A DNA stretch of 63,793 nucleotides, filler included, from Licmophora abbreviata (taxonomy: Eukaryota): assembly GCA_900291995.1 (NCBI GenBank). It is 9 parts of 9 records of this genome, joined end to end, with 100 filler letters (N's around TTAATTAATTAA, not from the genome) between each part and the next. Parts side by side here need not be neighbours in the genome. Positions count along the whole stretch, not along the records: positions 35,358 to 41,675 come from OLMU01000506.1; positions 41,776 to 52,912 come from OLMU01000507.1; 7 more parts are not named here. The stretch is one strand, 5' to 3'. This document shows positions 35,629-47,695 of this stretch, in pieces (position 1 is the first letter of the stretch; every line of letters starts with the position of its first letter). The position numbers and the translations under genes were made by a program. The notes under the pieces were generated by a model. It had not been told where the DNA came from, did not search any database, and worked only from the letters and a program-made list of their open reading frames with translations.

Positions 35629-37226
35629 ATGATGTCGATGGCGTTGCTCGTCCTGCCTTGGACGCACAGCGTCGCCGTTGCGACTTCAGGAGAATTCTAC
35701 AAAAGACCAGCGGCAGACTTGACAAGAGGGGGTGCATCTGCAAAAGGCAGGCGTAGTAGGGACGACGCGAATGCCTATCGCGTTTTGGCCAGCTCGATAC
35801 GGAATAGACTTGGAGAGGAGGAACCTGTCGAGATTGAAGCACTGGAAAGAGCGCTGAAATCGCTGTCATCAGCGCAGAAAACGTTGAAAGGTCTAGATGG
35901 TGCTGCTCATGAGGCGTACCAGCGTACGCATCACGAATCGTCCGTAGACGCTGGCGTTTCTGGGCGTGCACGTCGAAGTGCAACGAGGGCGGGCAGCGCT
36001 GCCGATGCACTCTTCTCAGCAGAATTATGCGAACTTCTCGAAAACGCAAGTCTGCTCGACGAAACGGATGAAAACAGTACTCTTGCTGGTAGACAGATAC
36101 TCCTGACTACCTCTGAGGTTCAGATGACCAGGGATCAAAACGTGTCGGTGCTCGTTCTATTTGAACCATTGTATGACGGCGGTGTGGCCTCGACCACGGG
36201 GGCATCGAGGATCTGGCGCAGTCATCCGGCCGACCCAACAAGAGACGCGGTAGACTCATTGTTGTGGTTGGTGATAAGGTTGCACATGATCTTCCGAAAA
36301 CGATAGCTATCCTCGATGCTGCACCCTTGGCTCTAGAGCTGCACAGCGGACTGGTTGCAAATGAAATGGCATCTGTCCAAGGAACATTGTATCGAGCAGC
36401 AGGGCGATTGCTGAGAGCAATTGAACCCAGTATTCGCACCTATAATGAATCCGCGGTCCATTTTGTGGGGCGCTCGTTGGCTGGTGGCGTGGCTGGTCTT
36501 GCCGCAACGATACTAGACGGGTCGCTTCCCATGCCAGAATCGAAAACATCATCCAAGAAGAAAAAGAAGCGGAAGGCCTTACTAAACGGCACAGACACCG
36601 GCGCTAGTTGCGCGTCAACTCTCGATGGATTCGGCCAAGGGAGGGCTTCTGCTTCAGTCCTCGGTGTGCCTCCTTGTCTCTCCGGAAACGTCAAGGCGTC
36701 ATTCGTGAAGTCGATTATTTTTGGTGACGACGTCGTTTGCAGAACCACACAGGAAAGCTTAAATCATCTATGCTCCCGAACCCAGAAAGCTCTGGGTGGT
36801 GGCTTTCTTGGGAGACGAGTTGGGTGGATGACAGACACACTATCAATTACGGTACGAAAGTGAGAAACGTTGTGCTTTGTCTCCTGTCGCTGCCCTTTGT
36901 TGACCTTGCCGTTGCTCTTCTCTCAGATGTCGAGCCTCAAGAGCCATGCCCATGGCAGTGAAGGAGAGGAGGAGCGCCTTGTTGTACCTGGACAGGCCTT
37001 TCTAATACGACCGCGTCGATTAGGTGGAATGTGCAGCATGCATGAAGTTGGCTCAGCCAAGGGTGGCCGAGAGGCACTGCGGGCGGCAGTTTTGTGGCAG
37101 CTTCACGATGTTCTCCTCAGTAATAGCCTTTGGAAACATCATCAACTGGATTCTTATATTAATGGCTTGGATCGACTACAACTTCGCGGCTTCGATGACG
37201 AGGATGATCCAGGGACTCTATATTAA
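35629..37226 (+). CDS. Class-3 lipase-like alpha/beta hydrolase with signal peptide; 1-nt frameshift at ~36185; 2 exons
   Basis: FVGRSLAGG (nucleophile elbow), GVPPC, IFGDDVVCR and HHQLDSY. Intron 36852-36926. Adding one base at ~36185 joins the 35629 and 36264 ORFs (GxGLDHGGIEDL). Confidence 0.7.
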
Positions 37227-37234
37227 TAGCGCGC

Positions 37235-39428
37235 TTATGCTTCTAAAACATCATTAATGAAATTATTAAGCGTAGCTTCATACGGACTCGTCAACCTAGG
37301 CCTTTTGCGCATCTTTTGCGTTTCTTTTTCTTGGCACTCGTCATCCCGGCTCCACATACAACACACTCGAAACTCTGGATCTTTGTTTTCCTGGAGACAC
37401 TGCCCTTCGTTGTCTCTTGCCGCTCCACACCCATCCCGAAGAAAGTCGAAAAGAAGCAGATGGAAGTTACTACAACAGTTGCCGACCGTGAATCGTGCCA
37501 TCAACTGAGTCTTGAGGGAAGATATGGCGGACATCATGATTTCGTCGGTTGTGACATTGCGTTTGGCGAAATTTGTCGGGAGTCCTGTGCCCTGCCGGAC
37601 GTCTTCGTCGTTTGATACGAATCGATACGTGAACGGAACACTTTGTCGACTCACTGGGTCGGACTGGAATTTTGTCTTGTCACGAAAGATGCTTTCAGAT
37701 TCGGTTGTCAGAACAATGCTTGTTGTGGCGTTCGTCGGCAAGGCTTTCTTTCCAAAAGTGTCTATGATGAGGTGCTTGTTGTTGGTCCATACCTGTCCCA
37801 TCAGTTTCATGTACTGAGAGAATGAAAGACATTCGCTCTCTTGAAGGCACTTGTCAGATGCTGTCGGGAACAAATCACGTCAACATATTTAGCAACGACA
37901 TAGCTTCGCTAACGCCTGTGTCCCAACGTCAGCAATACGCACCTCGAACGGGTAAACCAAAAGATAGCTCGGGGTCAAAATCACCTGGAAACACAGTGTC
38001 CATGAGCTTGTTAAGCGCGACAGCTTTGGATGGTCTGGGGCGAAGACTATAGAATACGGCGGCATGATGAACTTTTGACTGCGCCCCAAAGTAGTAGTAT
38101 GGCCGTGATTCGTCCTCAGGTTCCACTTCAACAATTTTTTCAGCTGCCTTTTCCATGATATAAAGACGCGGGTCGTGATCGTTTGCTTCTCGTATTTCCT
38201 GGATAATGACTTCTGACACATTTCGAAGGTTCGGACGGAGCGTTTCGGGGGTTCTCTGCGGGCGCAGAACAATATCTACAGCCAGGACTCGGTCGTTGAC
38301 ATGGGCATCCGGAAGCAAACCATACCGAAACATTCTTCGAGCCTCACCACGTTCCAGCATGTACGCCTCTTCGATTTCCTTATTGGTCAGGACACACGGG
38401 GACGGCGGCAGGAAGAAACATTGAATATCACGCCTATCGCAGCTGGCGTGCACCCATGGTTTCCGAATCGTCTTGTGCCCAGCAGGAGCGTTATTGACAA
38501 ATAATACAGTTCGATTCGTTGCCATACCAGCAATCAGACCATTTACAGCACCCAGTCTCATGACGGCTCCAAGCCCCAGCTCGCCCATGGGCACAATGAG
38601 GAATTTGGCGTCGGGACATTCGTAGTCAAAGGTCCGGACACTGTGATCGCGAAGCAGCTCTGCACATTGTCCGTTCATTGCTTTTCGCGCCTTCGCTTCC
38701 TTCATGGCGGGCATATGTTGATGAACGTGAAACGCAAGGTACACGAGACGCAGAGTCCAGAAACGTACGCTCTGCGTGTCGCTTCCATCGTCAGTCCAAT
38801 TCAAGAAGCGAGATCTTTCATGACAGATTGTTTGATTCAGAAGCGTATGCAGGGTGCCACCAGATAAAAGGTTCGGAGTATTGAGAATCATCTCCATGGC
38901 ATGGTCCTCTGTCAACAGAGGGTCATCGGCGTTACCGAGTCTTGGACCCGACAACCATTCCTTTGAGTTGTAGGGAAAGCAAGTTTCCATTGACGCTTTC
39001 GGGGGCTCTTCTTCTATCGATATTCCTTTGCTGACTAATGAGGTTGCATTATCACTTGTCTTGGTCGGAATCCGCTCCTTATCTTGAGTCACATCGCTTT
39101 CTTCTCGACTGGTGGCTGGCATGGTAGTGACTTCCTGTTGTTGACGTCTACTCTCGGCACGTCGTCGCTCCTCGATACCAGCACTGCTGTTCGTTCGCAT
39201 AGTGAAAACCTGTGGTAGATCCAACAGGATATCATATGCGGCCGACCGATGCTTAGCGTCATTATTATGAAAAAGAATCACCGAAACAATCGTGACGACA
39301 TACGCAGCGACAAGTGCAGCCGCAAATTTCAGAGCCGACGATCGATTTCTCTTTGTTCGTCGTAACGGCCTTTCTGAACCTCCATTCTCCGAGGCAGAGA
39401 TTGGACTGCGGTTCAATATAGTAGACAT
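37235..39428 (-). CDS. GT23/FUT8-like (alpha-1,6/O-fucosyltransferase superfamily) type II membrane protein; 2 exons
   Basis: N-terminal TM, GLGAVMR, spliced motif LPVRASDKC (cf. FUT8 HVRRTDK), LTTE, VGNCCSNF; intron 37861-37942. Confidence 0.65.
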
Positions 39429-39707
39429 AGTTCTGGAGGCAAGAAGATGATCTGCCTTCGTCTGAAAGCTCTTCAATCATCACTTGAATACGACGCCGCC
39501 GCTGGCATCATGTCATGGTCATTTGTGAGCGCGGCGCTTTTAGATTGAAATACCTCAAGTCGAAGGAGTCGAGTCGACTTCATATTATATCAATCAGGCC
39601 CAATCATCCATAGCGCTCTGGCAAGTTGAAAAGGACGAGAATTGAAGAGCATGCGATTGCGATGACCAAGATTGAAAGAGTTGAGACTCTGTTGGCTCGA
39701 TCTGACC

Positions 39708-41326
39708 ATGACGGTCGCCCACGTGGGCGTGATTGGCAGTTCTGGGGGAGGCGCTGCTACATTGGGCCATACTCAGCCTTCGCAGCTTTTACAGACAATT
39801 CACAATGAGCTGCAAAAAATTGAGAATGGAGCCGTGTTGTCGCATGCCCTCTTTGTATCGCTGCACGGCGGCTCAGGCTTGGATACTGCCCACGGGGAGA
39901 AAGACTTCGCTTCGCTATATTCTGTCGGCTCTCAATCAGCGTCGGTCAATACAGGAGACAACTCGATGATTCACGTGAATCTTGTCGAGACGAACACTTT
40001 GTCGAAAGTCAACCAGACATGCCGCCGAATGGATAGTGCAATCGCAAAGGCTATCCGGAAGAAAAAGATACAAGGCTTAATACTGATCTCTATTGATATC
40101 GATATTCACGCGGATACACTCAAGGCTGCCTCTGATATGAAGATTCCTGTGACAGGAAGCGGAGGCTCCAGTTTGTCGGCTGCTGCTGCGACTTTCGGGA
40201 TACGGCTGGCTGGAAACGCCGGAGGGTCGGTAGCAACCACGTCGTATACTAGAGCCGTCTCCTATGCACATGCACTGGCAACCGCATGGCAGTTTTCTTA
40301 TAGTGTATTCTCTACGAATGCAGCGATGGGCCTCCGACCTCAATGGAAAAGTGTTTTGAACTCGTGCTTGCCTGCATTCTGGGCTATTTGCTTAGCGTGT
40401 CGAGGAGTAGACGTGTTGAATGACTATGGGGTTCTCAACTCAGCCAACCCTCTTCCGCTTCTTCGAACAAATGCCCTACCAACGACCTGCTGTATTGTTA
40501 TGGCCACGTCGTGTGCATCACATCATGGAAGCACTGTCGCCATTGCTGCTAGTATCGCATCCATGGCGTGCTCGCAATCGATTCTTTCCGGATTGATAGC
40601 TGGTTGGATCGTTGCCTTTCTTGTTGGACGAGTTCTCTATCGCTGTGTTGTATGGGGTATCCCGGCGACCATGACGAATCTGCTTGTCGCGGGTGGGGTC
40701 GGTACCACTGTAGCGATTCTCATTGCACCGCTTGTTCCGTTGCTATGCCGGCTGTCGACCTGGGTACGATGGGCCATTCTGAAATCCATGGAGGGCGAAT
40801 ACCAGGGATCGGATTCCTCTTCGGGTGTCTCTTTTGCTATGGGAGCAAAGTGGGTTATTATCATGCGCTCTGCTTGCCTCTCATTCTGCTGGAAATGGAA
40901 CTAGGAGGTGGCAGTCTATGGGGTGCCATGGATGTATGCACACTGGTTGTCGTATCGGCAGGAGTCTGTTCTGCAAATCTGCTGACGTTGCCGTCGACCG
41001 AAAAGTCCGATCGAGATTTATGCGGGCGAGCAGTGTGGATCAACCTTTTGTGTGGCGACTTCGTTGAGGCGGCCTATCCGTACATGGAACAGAGCATGAT
41101 CGTAAATCTGACGGGCTACTTGGCGAGTGGACTGGCAGTAGAAATGCTGACCAAGGACCCTCATCGCGTCTTGAGCTCAGCCTATATGCCTGTTCCTGCT
41201 AGTATTTTGCTTGCCACTGACTCGAAGCGCATGGCACTGGCATGCGCTATAGCATTCGGCGTATCGTTCTCAGGGACGTTTGTGAACAATATTCTCTTTC
41301 GAACGAGCACTACAAAAAAAGCATAA
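39708..41326 (+). CDS. Bacterial-type PTS-EIIC-like polytopic membrane protein with N-terminal soluble domain; 1-nt frameshift at ~40794
   Basis: VGVIGSSGG, IPVTGSGGSS and GGSVATTSYTRAVS, then ~8-10 TM helices with GYYHALCLPLILLEME and INLLCGDFVEAAYPYM. No introns. One extra G in the GGG run (40793-40795) fuses the two ORFs. Confidence 0.7.
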
Positions 41327-41449
41327 GCTTGGAAGCCGATATGACGCTAACGACTTCCATTAGAGCATAATGCAATCTGAAATTCTTATTCACTTGACAT
41401 TTGTACGGTGGAATGGATCAATTGGCTCTAATTCATAATTTGGAATCGA

Positions 41450-42566
41450 TCAGTCGGTCCAATCTATCCGAATAGGTCTACCGAGCAAGTTCTTTCCATT
41501 GAGCGTCGCCCCTTTTTCACATGCCTCTGTATTCCAGAACTCCACAAAACCGCTTCGCCACAGAAAAGAGTATTAGGGAATAGATTAACAGTCAGAAGGC
41601 AGGTCACCATCATGTGGCATTGACAACCCGTGTGCGCACTTACCATCCCTTGAAATCGCCACTATCCTGGTGGTGNNNNNNNNNNNNNNNNNNNNNNNNN
41701 NNNNNNNNNNNNNNNNNNNTTAATTAATTAANNNNNNNNNNNNNNNNNNNNNNNNNNNNNNNNNNNNNNNNNNNNCCATTGGCAAAGAACTTTGTAATTG
41801 TCTCGTCGTCGATATCATAGGACAAGTTGCCAATGAACAGCTTGACACAATTTTCAGGCTTGGCGCTCATAGCTTTTAAACCGGAACCGCCAGCTTGGCC
41901 ACCCGAAACGACCTTCTTCGGTGGAGGCCACACGTCTCCATCGCGGGCGGGAGCAAAATTGATCTTGATTGGTCGACCCATTAATTGCGATCCTGCCATT
42001 TTGACAGCTCCAGCAGCGTTTTCAGGCGTGTCAATCTCGCAGAAGGCCGATCCATAAAACTTTCCCGTCTCCTTGTCGGTGATCCATTTGATGTGAGTGA
42101 GCGTGCCCGGCAAGAACGAACTCAACGAGTCTTCATCTACAGCAAAAGGGAGGTTCCCTAGGAAGAGACGCGTTACACCCTGTGGATTCCCCTTGCACGG
42201 CTTGTTTGTTGCGCGCTGTACATCATGAGTCTCCTCTCCTTGGATTTTAGGCGACTCTTCCTGGACCGATTCCTCTGATCGCTTCTTTTTTGATTTCTGT
42301 GATCCATCGGCGTCATCTTTGGATTTTCGCTTCGACTTCTTAAGCTTGACCATGCCTTCTGCATTCAGTTTGATAAGTCCATCGTCTTCTAGAGACTGCA
42401 CTGCATTCTTGTACTTCTTCTTTGTGGCCTTGTCTGCGTCGTCGATCTGGAGAGACAGAAGCACCATCTTCCGTAGCTTCTTCACTTGAAGCTTTTCCGA
42501 TGCGCCGCGAAGCGTCGACAGAATCGCATTAGTCCAAACCTCGTCTCCAGTATGGTCGCTGCCCAT
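41450..42566 (-). CDS. Double-RRM (nucleolin/GAR2-like) RNA-binding protein spanning spacer 5
   Basis: RNP2 LFLGNL and LFIGNL, RNP1 FYGSAFCEI. After the gap HHQDSGDFKG-(intron)-CGFVEFWN..GRPIRIDWTD* completes RRM2. Confidence 0.88.
41676..41775. other. Assembly spacer 5
   Basis: N44-TTAATTAATTAA-N44. Confidence 0.99.
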
Positions 42567-42788
42567 GGTGGGAACGTTCGTGTCGGTGGATACGTGCCTT
42601 GTGGGGGCGGGTGCCTACTTCATCCAATACACACTTGCAGGCGATCGATGTTGCGACGCCGCCGCCGCCGAGTTTCAAAATGTAAGATCGCGATGCTTTC
42701 GGGTTTTCGCAGCGCGCCAAATCTTGGGTGGCGGAGGGCGCCGTTTAGGTCTGTCCCTGTAACCGTTTTAGTTCGAGTGACGATTGAC

Positions 42789-42828
42789 GAGTCCCGAGTG
42801 AGTCGAGTCAGGTCTGAGTCCTGAGTCA
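42789..42828. promoter_or_regulatory. Cluster of five GAGTC motifs (including TGAGTCA) in a divergent promoter
   Basis: gagtcccgagtgagtcgagtcaggtctgagtcctgagtca between the RRM and SCCPDH starts; function inferred only. Confidence 0.35.
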
Positions 42829-42967
42829 CGCGAGCGCATGAACGGACTACTCGGTTCCTATGATGAGGACGATTGATGCGACGCGACGATGCTGCATCAT
42901 CAGAGACGACACACGACAACGACGCGAGGATTTGAAGGCACACACATTGAATTTTACGAAGTGGACG

Positions 42968-44356
42968 ATGACGCTTGGGAATCGGAGCCCTCAGACGGAC
43001 ATTACGGTGTACGGGGCAACTGGATTTGTGGGCAGACATGTTTGCAAGTACTTGCTGGAGGCGGCCGAGGCTCACGGCTTTGCATTGCGCCTCACCTTGG
43101 CCGGACGAAACTTGAGCAAGTTGGAGGAACGCAAGACTGGCTTGAATATCGGAAATGCAGTCGTCGATATATTTGTGGCAGATTCCAGCGATCTGTCGTC
43201 CTTGCTCGAGATGGCTGAGAGAACACGGGTCGTCCTTGCTTGTGCGGGACCGTTCATCAAGTACGGAACGAATGTGGTAGCGGCATGTGCAGAGACTGGA
43301 GCGGATTACATCGACATTACAGGTGAAGTTACTTGGGCTGGTCGTATGCGGTCGCAGTTTGGCTCTGCTGCCAAGAAGTCTGGCGCGCGAATCATATCCT
43401 TGTGTGGCTTTGATTCTGTACCTAGTGATATTTCCATCTATGCGGCAGTTCAGGCACTTCGCGAGTCTTGTGGCGACGACGTGAAGATCAAGAGTGGGCG
43501 GACATGGCATGCCTGCATGGGAGCTCTGAACGGAGGAACGCTGCATTCAGCGCTGTGCTTTCCAGTTGATCTACGGCACTGTATCATGTCTAGTGATCAA
43601 CCGCGTAAAGTCCCTTTTCTTATTGACGACCCCATGGTACTCACCAATCCAGAAAGAAACCGCCACAATCCAGACCACGGCGAGTGGAAAGATCGCATGG
43701 CGGCCAGCGAGTGGTGGAACCAGTTGCCTAGTGTTGATTCGATTGTACGTGGTGGAGTGAGTATACCTTTCTTCATGGCCCCAGTCAATATAAAGGTCGT
43801 CAACGCAAGTGCTGTCGCCTTGAATTATGGTCCTGCTTTTACCTACGGCGAGCGCTTTCTTCCGCTTGGTTTCCACTGGACTCGAAGGTTTGGTATTCTC
43901 TCCTTTCTTCCTGCGTTGGGCTTCCAGCTTGCTATTTCGGCAAGCTTCGTCGTTTTCAAGATCCCCTATTTTGGCCAGAAGTTGGCTGATTGGATACTGC
44001 CTCCAGGAACAGGACTTCCGGACCCCATCCTCGAAGCTGGTCACGCGGAAGTATACGCGGAGGTCGTCACCCAGCAAGATATCCACGGTACTGTCGATCG
44101 CGCCACAACTTTTGTTGCCTTCGAGGGGGATCCTGGAAATCTGGTAACCGCTCAATGCATTGGCGAATGTGCCCTTGCTTTGGTTCTCAATGGGCAGGAA
44201 CTACCTAATCGGAACGCAGATGGCTTTGGTACGCCTGCCGAGTTGCTCGGAAATGTACTGCTCAAGAGACTTAAGGAAAGCAAGGTTCGGAAGGTACATG
44301 TCACGACCACCGTTCTCCGAAAAGCGCCGGTGAAGGAGAAGCAGATCTACATGTAG
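42968..44356 (+). CDS. Saccharopine dehydrogenase-like oxidoreductase (SCCPDH / trans-acting enoyl reductase family)
   Basis: VYGATGFVG, LAGRN, CAGPFIKYG, DYIDITGE, CGFDSVPSDI, GDPGN, GFGTPA. Confidence 0.9.
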   Translation: MTLGNRSPQTDITVYGATGFVGRHVCKYLLEAAEAHGFALRLTLAGRNLSKLEERKTGLNIGNAVVDIFVADSSDLSSLLEMAERTRVVLACAGPFIKYGTNVVAACAETGADYIDITGEVTWAGRMRSQFGSAAKKSGARIISLCGFDSVPSDISIYAAVQALRESCGDDVKIKSGRTWHACMGALNGGTLHSALCFPVDLRHCIMSSDQPRKVPFLIDDPMVLTNPERNRHNPDHGEWKDRMAASEWWNQLPSVDSIVRGGVSIPFFMAPVNIKVVNASAVALNYGPAFTYGERFLPLGFHWTRRFGILSFLPALGFQLAISASFVVFKIPYFGQKLADWILPPGTGLPDPILEAGHAEVYAEVVTQQDIHGTVDRATTFVAFEGDPGNLVTAQCIGECALALVLNGQELPNRNADGFGTPAELLGNVLLKRLKESKVRKVHVTTTVLRKAPVKEKQIYM

Positions 44357-44428
44357 TTATCAGCACAAAAATATAATAAAATAGCAGACTGGCCTATCGC
44401 CCACGTTTATTTCGTTTCTATTCTACCA

Positions 44429-45127
44429 CTATGGATAGTGCGGTGCACATAGGTATTCTGCCCATCCAGTCTGAGTCAAGGGGTCGCCGCCGCACATCAG
44501 CTGTCGGCTGATGGCTAGGAAAAATTCGAACGAAAATATAGGAACGAAGAGAGCGAGGAGAGCGACTATGACCCAGCGCTTTTCCGTTGTGGTAACAGTT
44601 GCGTCCCTTTTCTGCATTTCGTTGACGGGTTTATCTTCCCTAATGCTAGATCCATCAAGCTTCTCCCGTATTCTTTGACTATAAAGCACGTAGTTCTCTG
44701 CGCGACTCATTTCTTTCCAAGATGCCGCGTCGAACACCACTCTTGCGTCAGGTGTCGTACTCTCTTCCGTTGTCGCTGATGACGTAATTTCGTCTTTGCT
44801 ACTTGAAGTCTTTCCGGTTTCCTTGTTAACCTCCGACTGATCCACAGTGCCGCTAAGGATATCGGGAAGCAGAACAATTGCGACAAGAGCCAACGCCAGT
44901 ATCGCTGCGTTGGCAATATCTTGCGCGCTTCCAAGTGAATCAATCATATCACCCGATCGAAGAGATGCGATCGATAGCTTTCGTCCTACAGGCATGAAAG
45001 CGACAAGGCTGTTCATTTTGGCAGCCATTCCCTGTGGGCGAACAGATACACAGATACGTTGCGCCGCTCCGAGCCTGTACCCATCATCTCCACAAGGTGA
45101 CGACACAAAAGCGGTAAACGGCAACAT
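44429..45127 (-). CDS. Hypothetical membrane protein (2 TM)
   Basis: Hydrophobic helices AILALALVAIVLL and WVIVALLALFVPIFSFEFF; start uncertain. Confidence 0.65.
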   Translation of the reverse strand: MLPFTAFVSSPCGDDGYRLGAAQRICVSVRPQGMAAKMNSLVAFMPVGRKLSIASLRSGDMIDSLGSAQDIANAAILALALVAIVLLPDILSGTVDQSEVNKETGKTSSSKDEITSSATTEESTTPDARVVFDAASWKEMSRAENYVLYSQRIREKLDGSSIREDKPVNEMQKRDATVTTTEKRWVIVALLALFVPIFSFEFFLAISRQLMCGGDPLTQTGWAEYLCAPHYP

Positions 45128-45358
45128 TTGTCCGCCTCCTACAACTCTCTCCTACCCTCGATGCGGCAAAGGTCCATCGCAAGGGACGTGGCAACGGCGA
45201 AATGGACTGCAATGGAGCGAACGGGACAAAATTCGCCCATGGTGGCATCGCTGTCGATCGGTCGCGAGAAAACACGTCACTCCGTCGGATTCATTTGACT
45301 CGACTCGACCTTCTGTGAATTTTCAAAGGAAAGATCGCGCCAATTTCCCGGCCTGTGG

Positions 45359-47239
45359 TCACGACGGTCCTTCCTGGCCGTGATACTCACGCAGACCTCT
45401 TATGATCACGCAGCTAAACGGTAGAAGAGTGAACCACATCTTGAACGAGTCAAACGAACGGAGGCTAGCTTCAAAGCTTGGCCGATGAAAACCGGAGGGG
45501 TCCATCCGCATCGCTCGAATTGTATTCGATCGCTCTCTCGACGTCACGTGCACGCATGTCGCACCCAGTGCCAGTTGGGGAACGACGTTATAACGCAGAA
45601 AGAAGGACATGGCCTCGAAGCCAAGCGTGATGAATTCAGAATGCAAGAACCATAAGAGAATAAGTCCATTCTGTGCCCACGGTGGTAGTTCTCCTGCGCC
45701 GAAGCGTAGAAACCTGGACATGATCAGCAAAGCAACGTAGGGTAGGAGACATCGTGCATATCTCAAGTACGACGTCAATGGTTGGAACATCGTTATCGTT
45801 GATACAGGTTCCAGCGAGGACCAATAAGATGGTTCTTCCATACGATTGCGGAATGTGAAGAAGCCGTACAACTCGTAGCCGTAGTTGAGCCACCCGCTCG
45901 TCTTCGTTCTTGCATCAGCGGCGCTCTCGCCACCACAAGCACAGTCCTAGTAGATGGAGACGAATAATGAGCGAGAAATGCACCAAAAAGGCGAAAGATA
46001 GCTGACGACGGCTGGCTCTTACCATAAGCACCTGGCAAAAGCGCGAAAAGCTGGGGCACGCAAAGAATATCTCCAACACAGCCGCCAGAGCAAGAGCGTA
46101 TGACGCACTCCGCAATAGACTTCGCAAACAACTATCTCGCGCTACGTACGATCGATGATTCGCTGGGTGAGTGATGTCGGTTGCATGATCCAGAGACGCG
46201 GGTGCTTACATCCTACCTTTCGTCAGCTTGTCTTGCCAATCTGGGTCAAAGTATAGGGCCGAAGTCGTCTCTTGATGTCGTCGCTCGGCGAGATTCTGCC
46301 GAATCGCTTCTCGTTGCATCTTTGACCCATCCTGAAAAAGAAAGAAAAGGGATTACATCTTAGAGCTTGCCCTGGAGTATGTGGAAAGGCTACGAAGTAT
46401 GCACGTACCGATCGATCCGCAAAGTGTGTTTTCATGGCAAACTCCACCGCAAGTTCAGAGGACAGTCCATACTCCGAAAAGGATCCTTGAGCAACAAGAA
46501 TATGCCGAGCTAGTTCATCTGCCTCCCTCTTGAACGAGGCCACCGCTCCGTCGACGAGAGCATCCCGCGAGGTACTTCGGTGCGTTGATAGTGCCGCCCT
46601 TGGTACGGTAGACTCCGAAACAATCAGTGGCGCCCACTCTCGTTCTGGCACAATGTCATGCTCGGTGCGGGATCCATTTTCAAGTGCCGTCTCATCAGTA
46701 ATACTCGTCGCCGAGTCCGAATCACAAGCGTCGCTTGCTTCGGCCTCGCCTTTCCGCTGCCGCTTCACGTCTGGTCGATCCGGATCTTTCCGAATGTGGA
46801 GGAGAGTTCTCTTTGGAGAGTTGGATTTCGAGCGGGACGGAGAATATGGCGTACTCTCTTTTTTCTTTCTGGCCTCTCGGACTTTGGATTCCTTTCTGTT
46901 GCGTTTCTTCTCTTTCTTCCGGTCTGACATCGACGCCGATGTCGACTTGCGAATTAGGTTTTCTTCTACATATTTTTGTGACACCAACTTTCGCCATACC
47001 GGCAAAAGCAAGAGCACTCCGATGCCGACTGCCAAAGATAGAAACATTACAGACGATGTCCACGACTGCGATACGTTGCTTTCTGCTTGCGGTTGAAGAC
47101 CCCTTAGTTCGACGAGTGACTCGTGGAGCTCCTCGAGCTCTTCCATATTCCGACTGAGGCTAATGAACTGGTCGTCAGGCGAGACAATCCAATGCTTCTT
47201 CATGCGTCGCTTAAATCTTTCGGACATCTTGAGCGACAT
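45359..47239 (-). CDS. Hypothetical multi-TM protein with Lys/Arg-rich segment; ~4 exons
   Basis: Three GT-AG introns (~46332-46408, ~46142-46216, ~45948-46021) join the 46223-47239, 45915-46127 and 45359-45871 ORFs in frame. Confidence 0.55.
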
Positions 47240-47422
47240 TCTATCAGACGAGACAGAGGCTCCTTATGATTTGCGACTCCTTATCAAGGTTTTGTTGAGC
47301 ATCGTGGCGGCGCAGCGATCCTTCTCGTCACAGACCGTGGTGAATCATGGTTCCCATCGGTTTATGTCAATTTATTTCCAGGCTGCGGCGACACGGCTCA
47401 AACGCGCCATTTTCGAATTCAT

Positions 47423-47437
47423 ATTCCAGAACATTCA
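47423..47437. promoter_or_regulatory. Putative heat-shock element (nTTCnnGAAnnTTCn) in AT-rich divergent promoter
   Basis: TTC-CA-GAA-CA-TTC at 47424-47436, with further GAA/TTC units nearby. Confidence 0.3.
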
Positions 47438-47695
47438 GAAATATTCTTTTTTATTCAATAAGATATTTGTTTTTAAGAAAACGCATTTTGGGTTGGCTTT
47501 TTACCAGCAAACCAATCCAAAAAGCGTGATTTTGTTGTCGAAACACGCTCGTCTTCAGACTGCCCATCGGCGTCTCGTCACGTCTCAATGGGTCGCGGCG
47601 TCTTTGTCATTGTTCGTGAACCATGCCACCACAGATTGCTTCTCGGTTTATCAAGCAGCGGTTAGAACCTTGCGGTATACCCCAGATTCGTCATT

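Noticed and set aside
40790..40800. Programmed ribosomal frameshift in the PTS-like gene
   Set aside because: No slippery heptamer is present; a missing base in a G run is more simply a sequencing or assembly error.
47400..47520. Diatom centromere-like low-GC region
   Set aside because: Only ~120 nt long; described diatom centromeric AT-rich regions are much longer.
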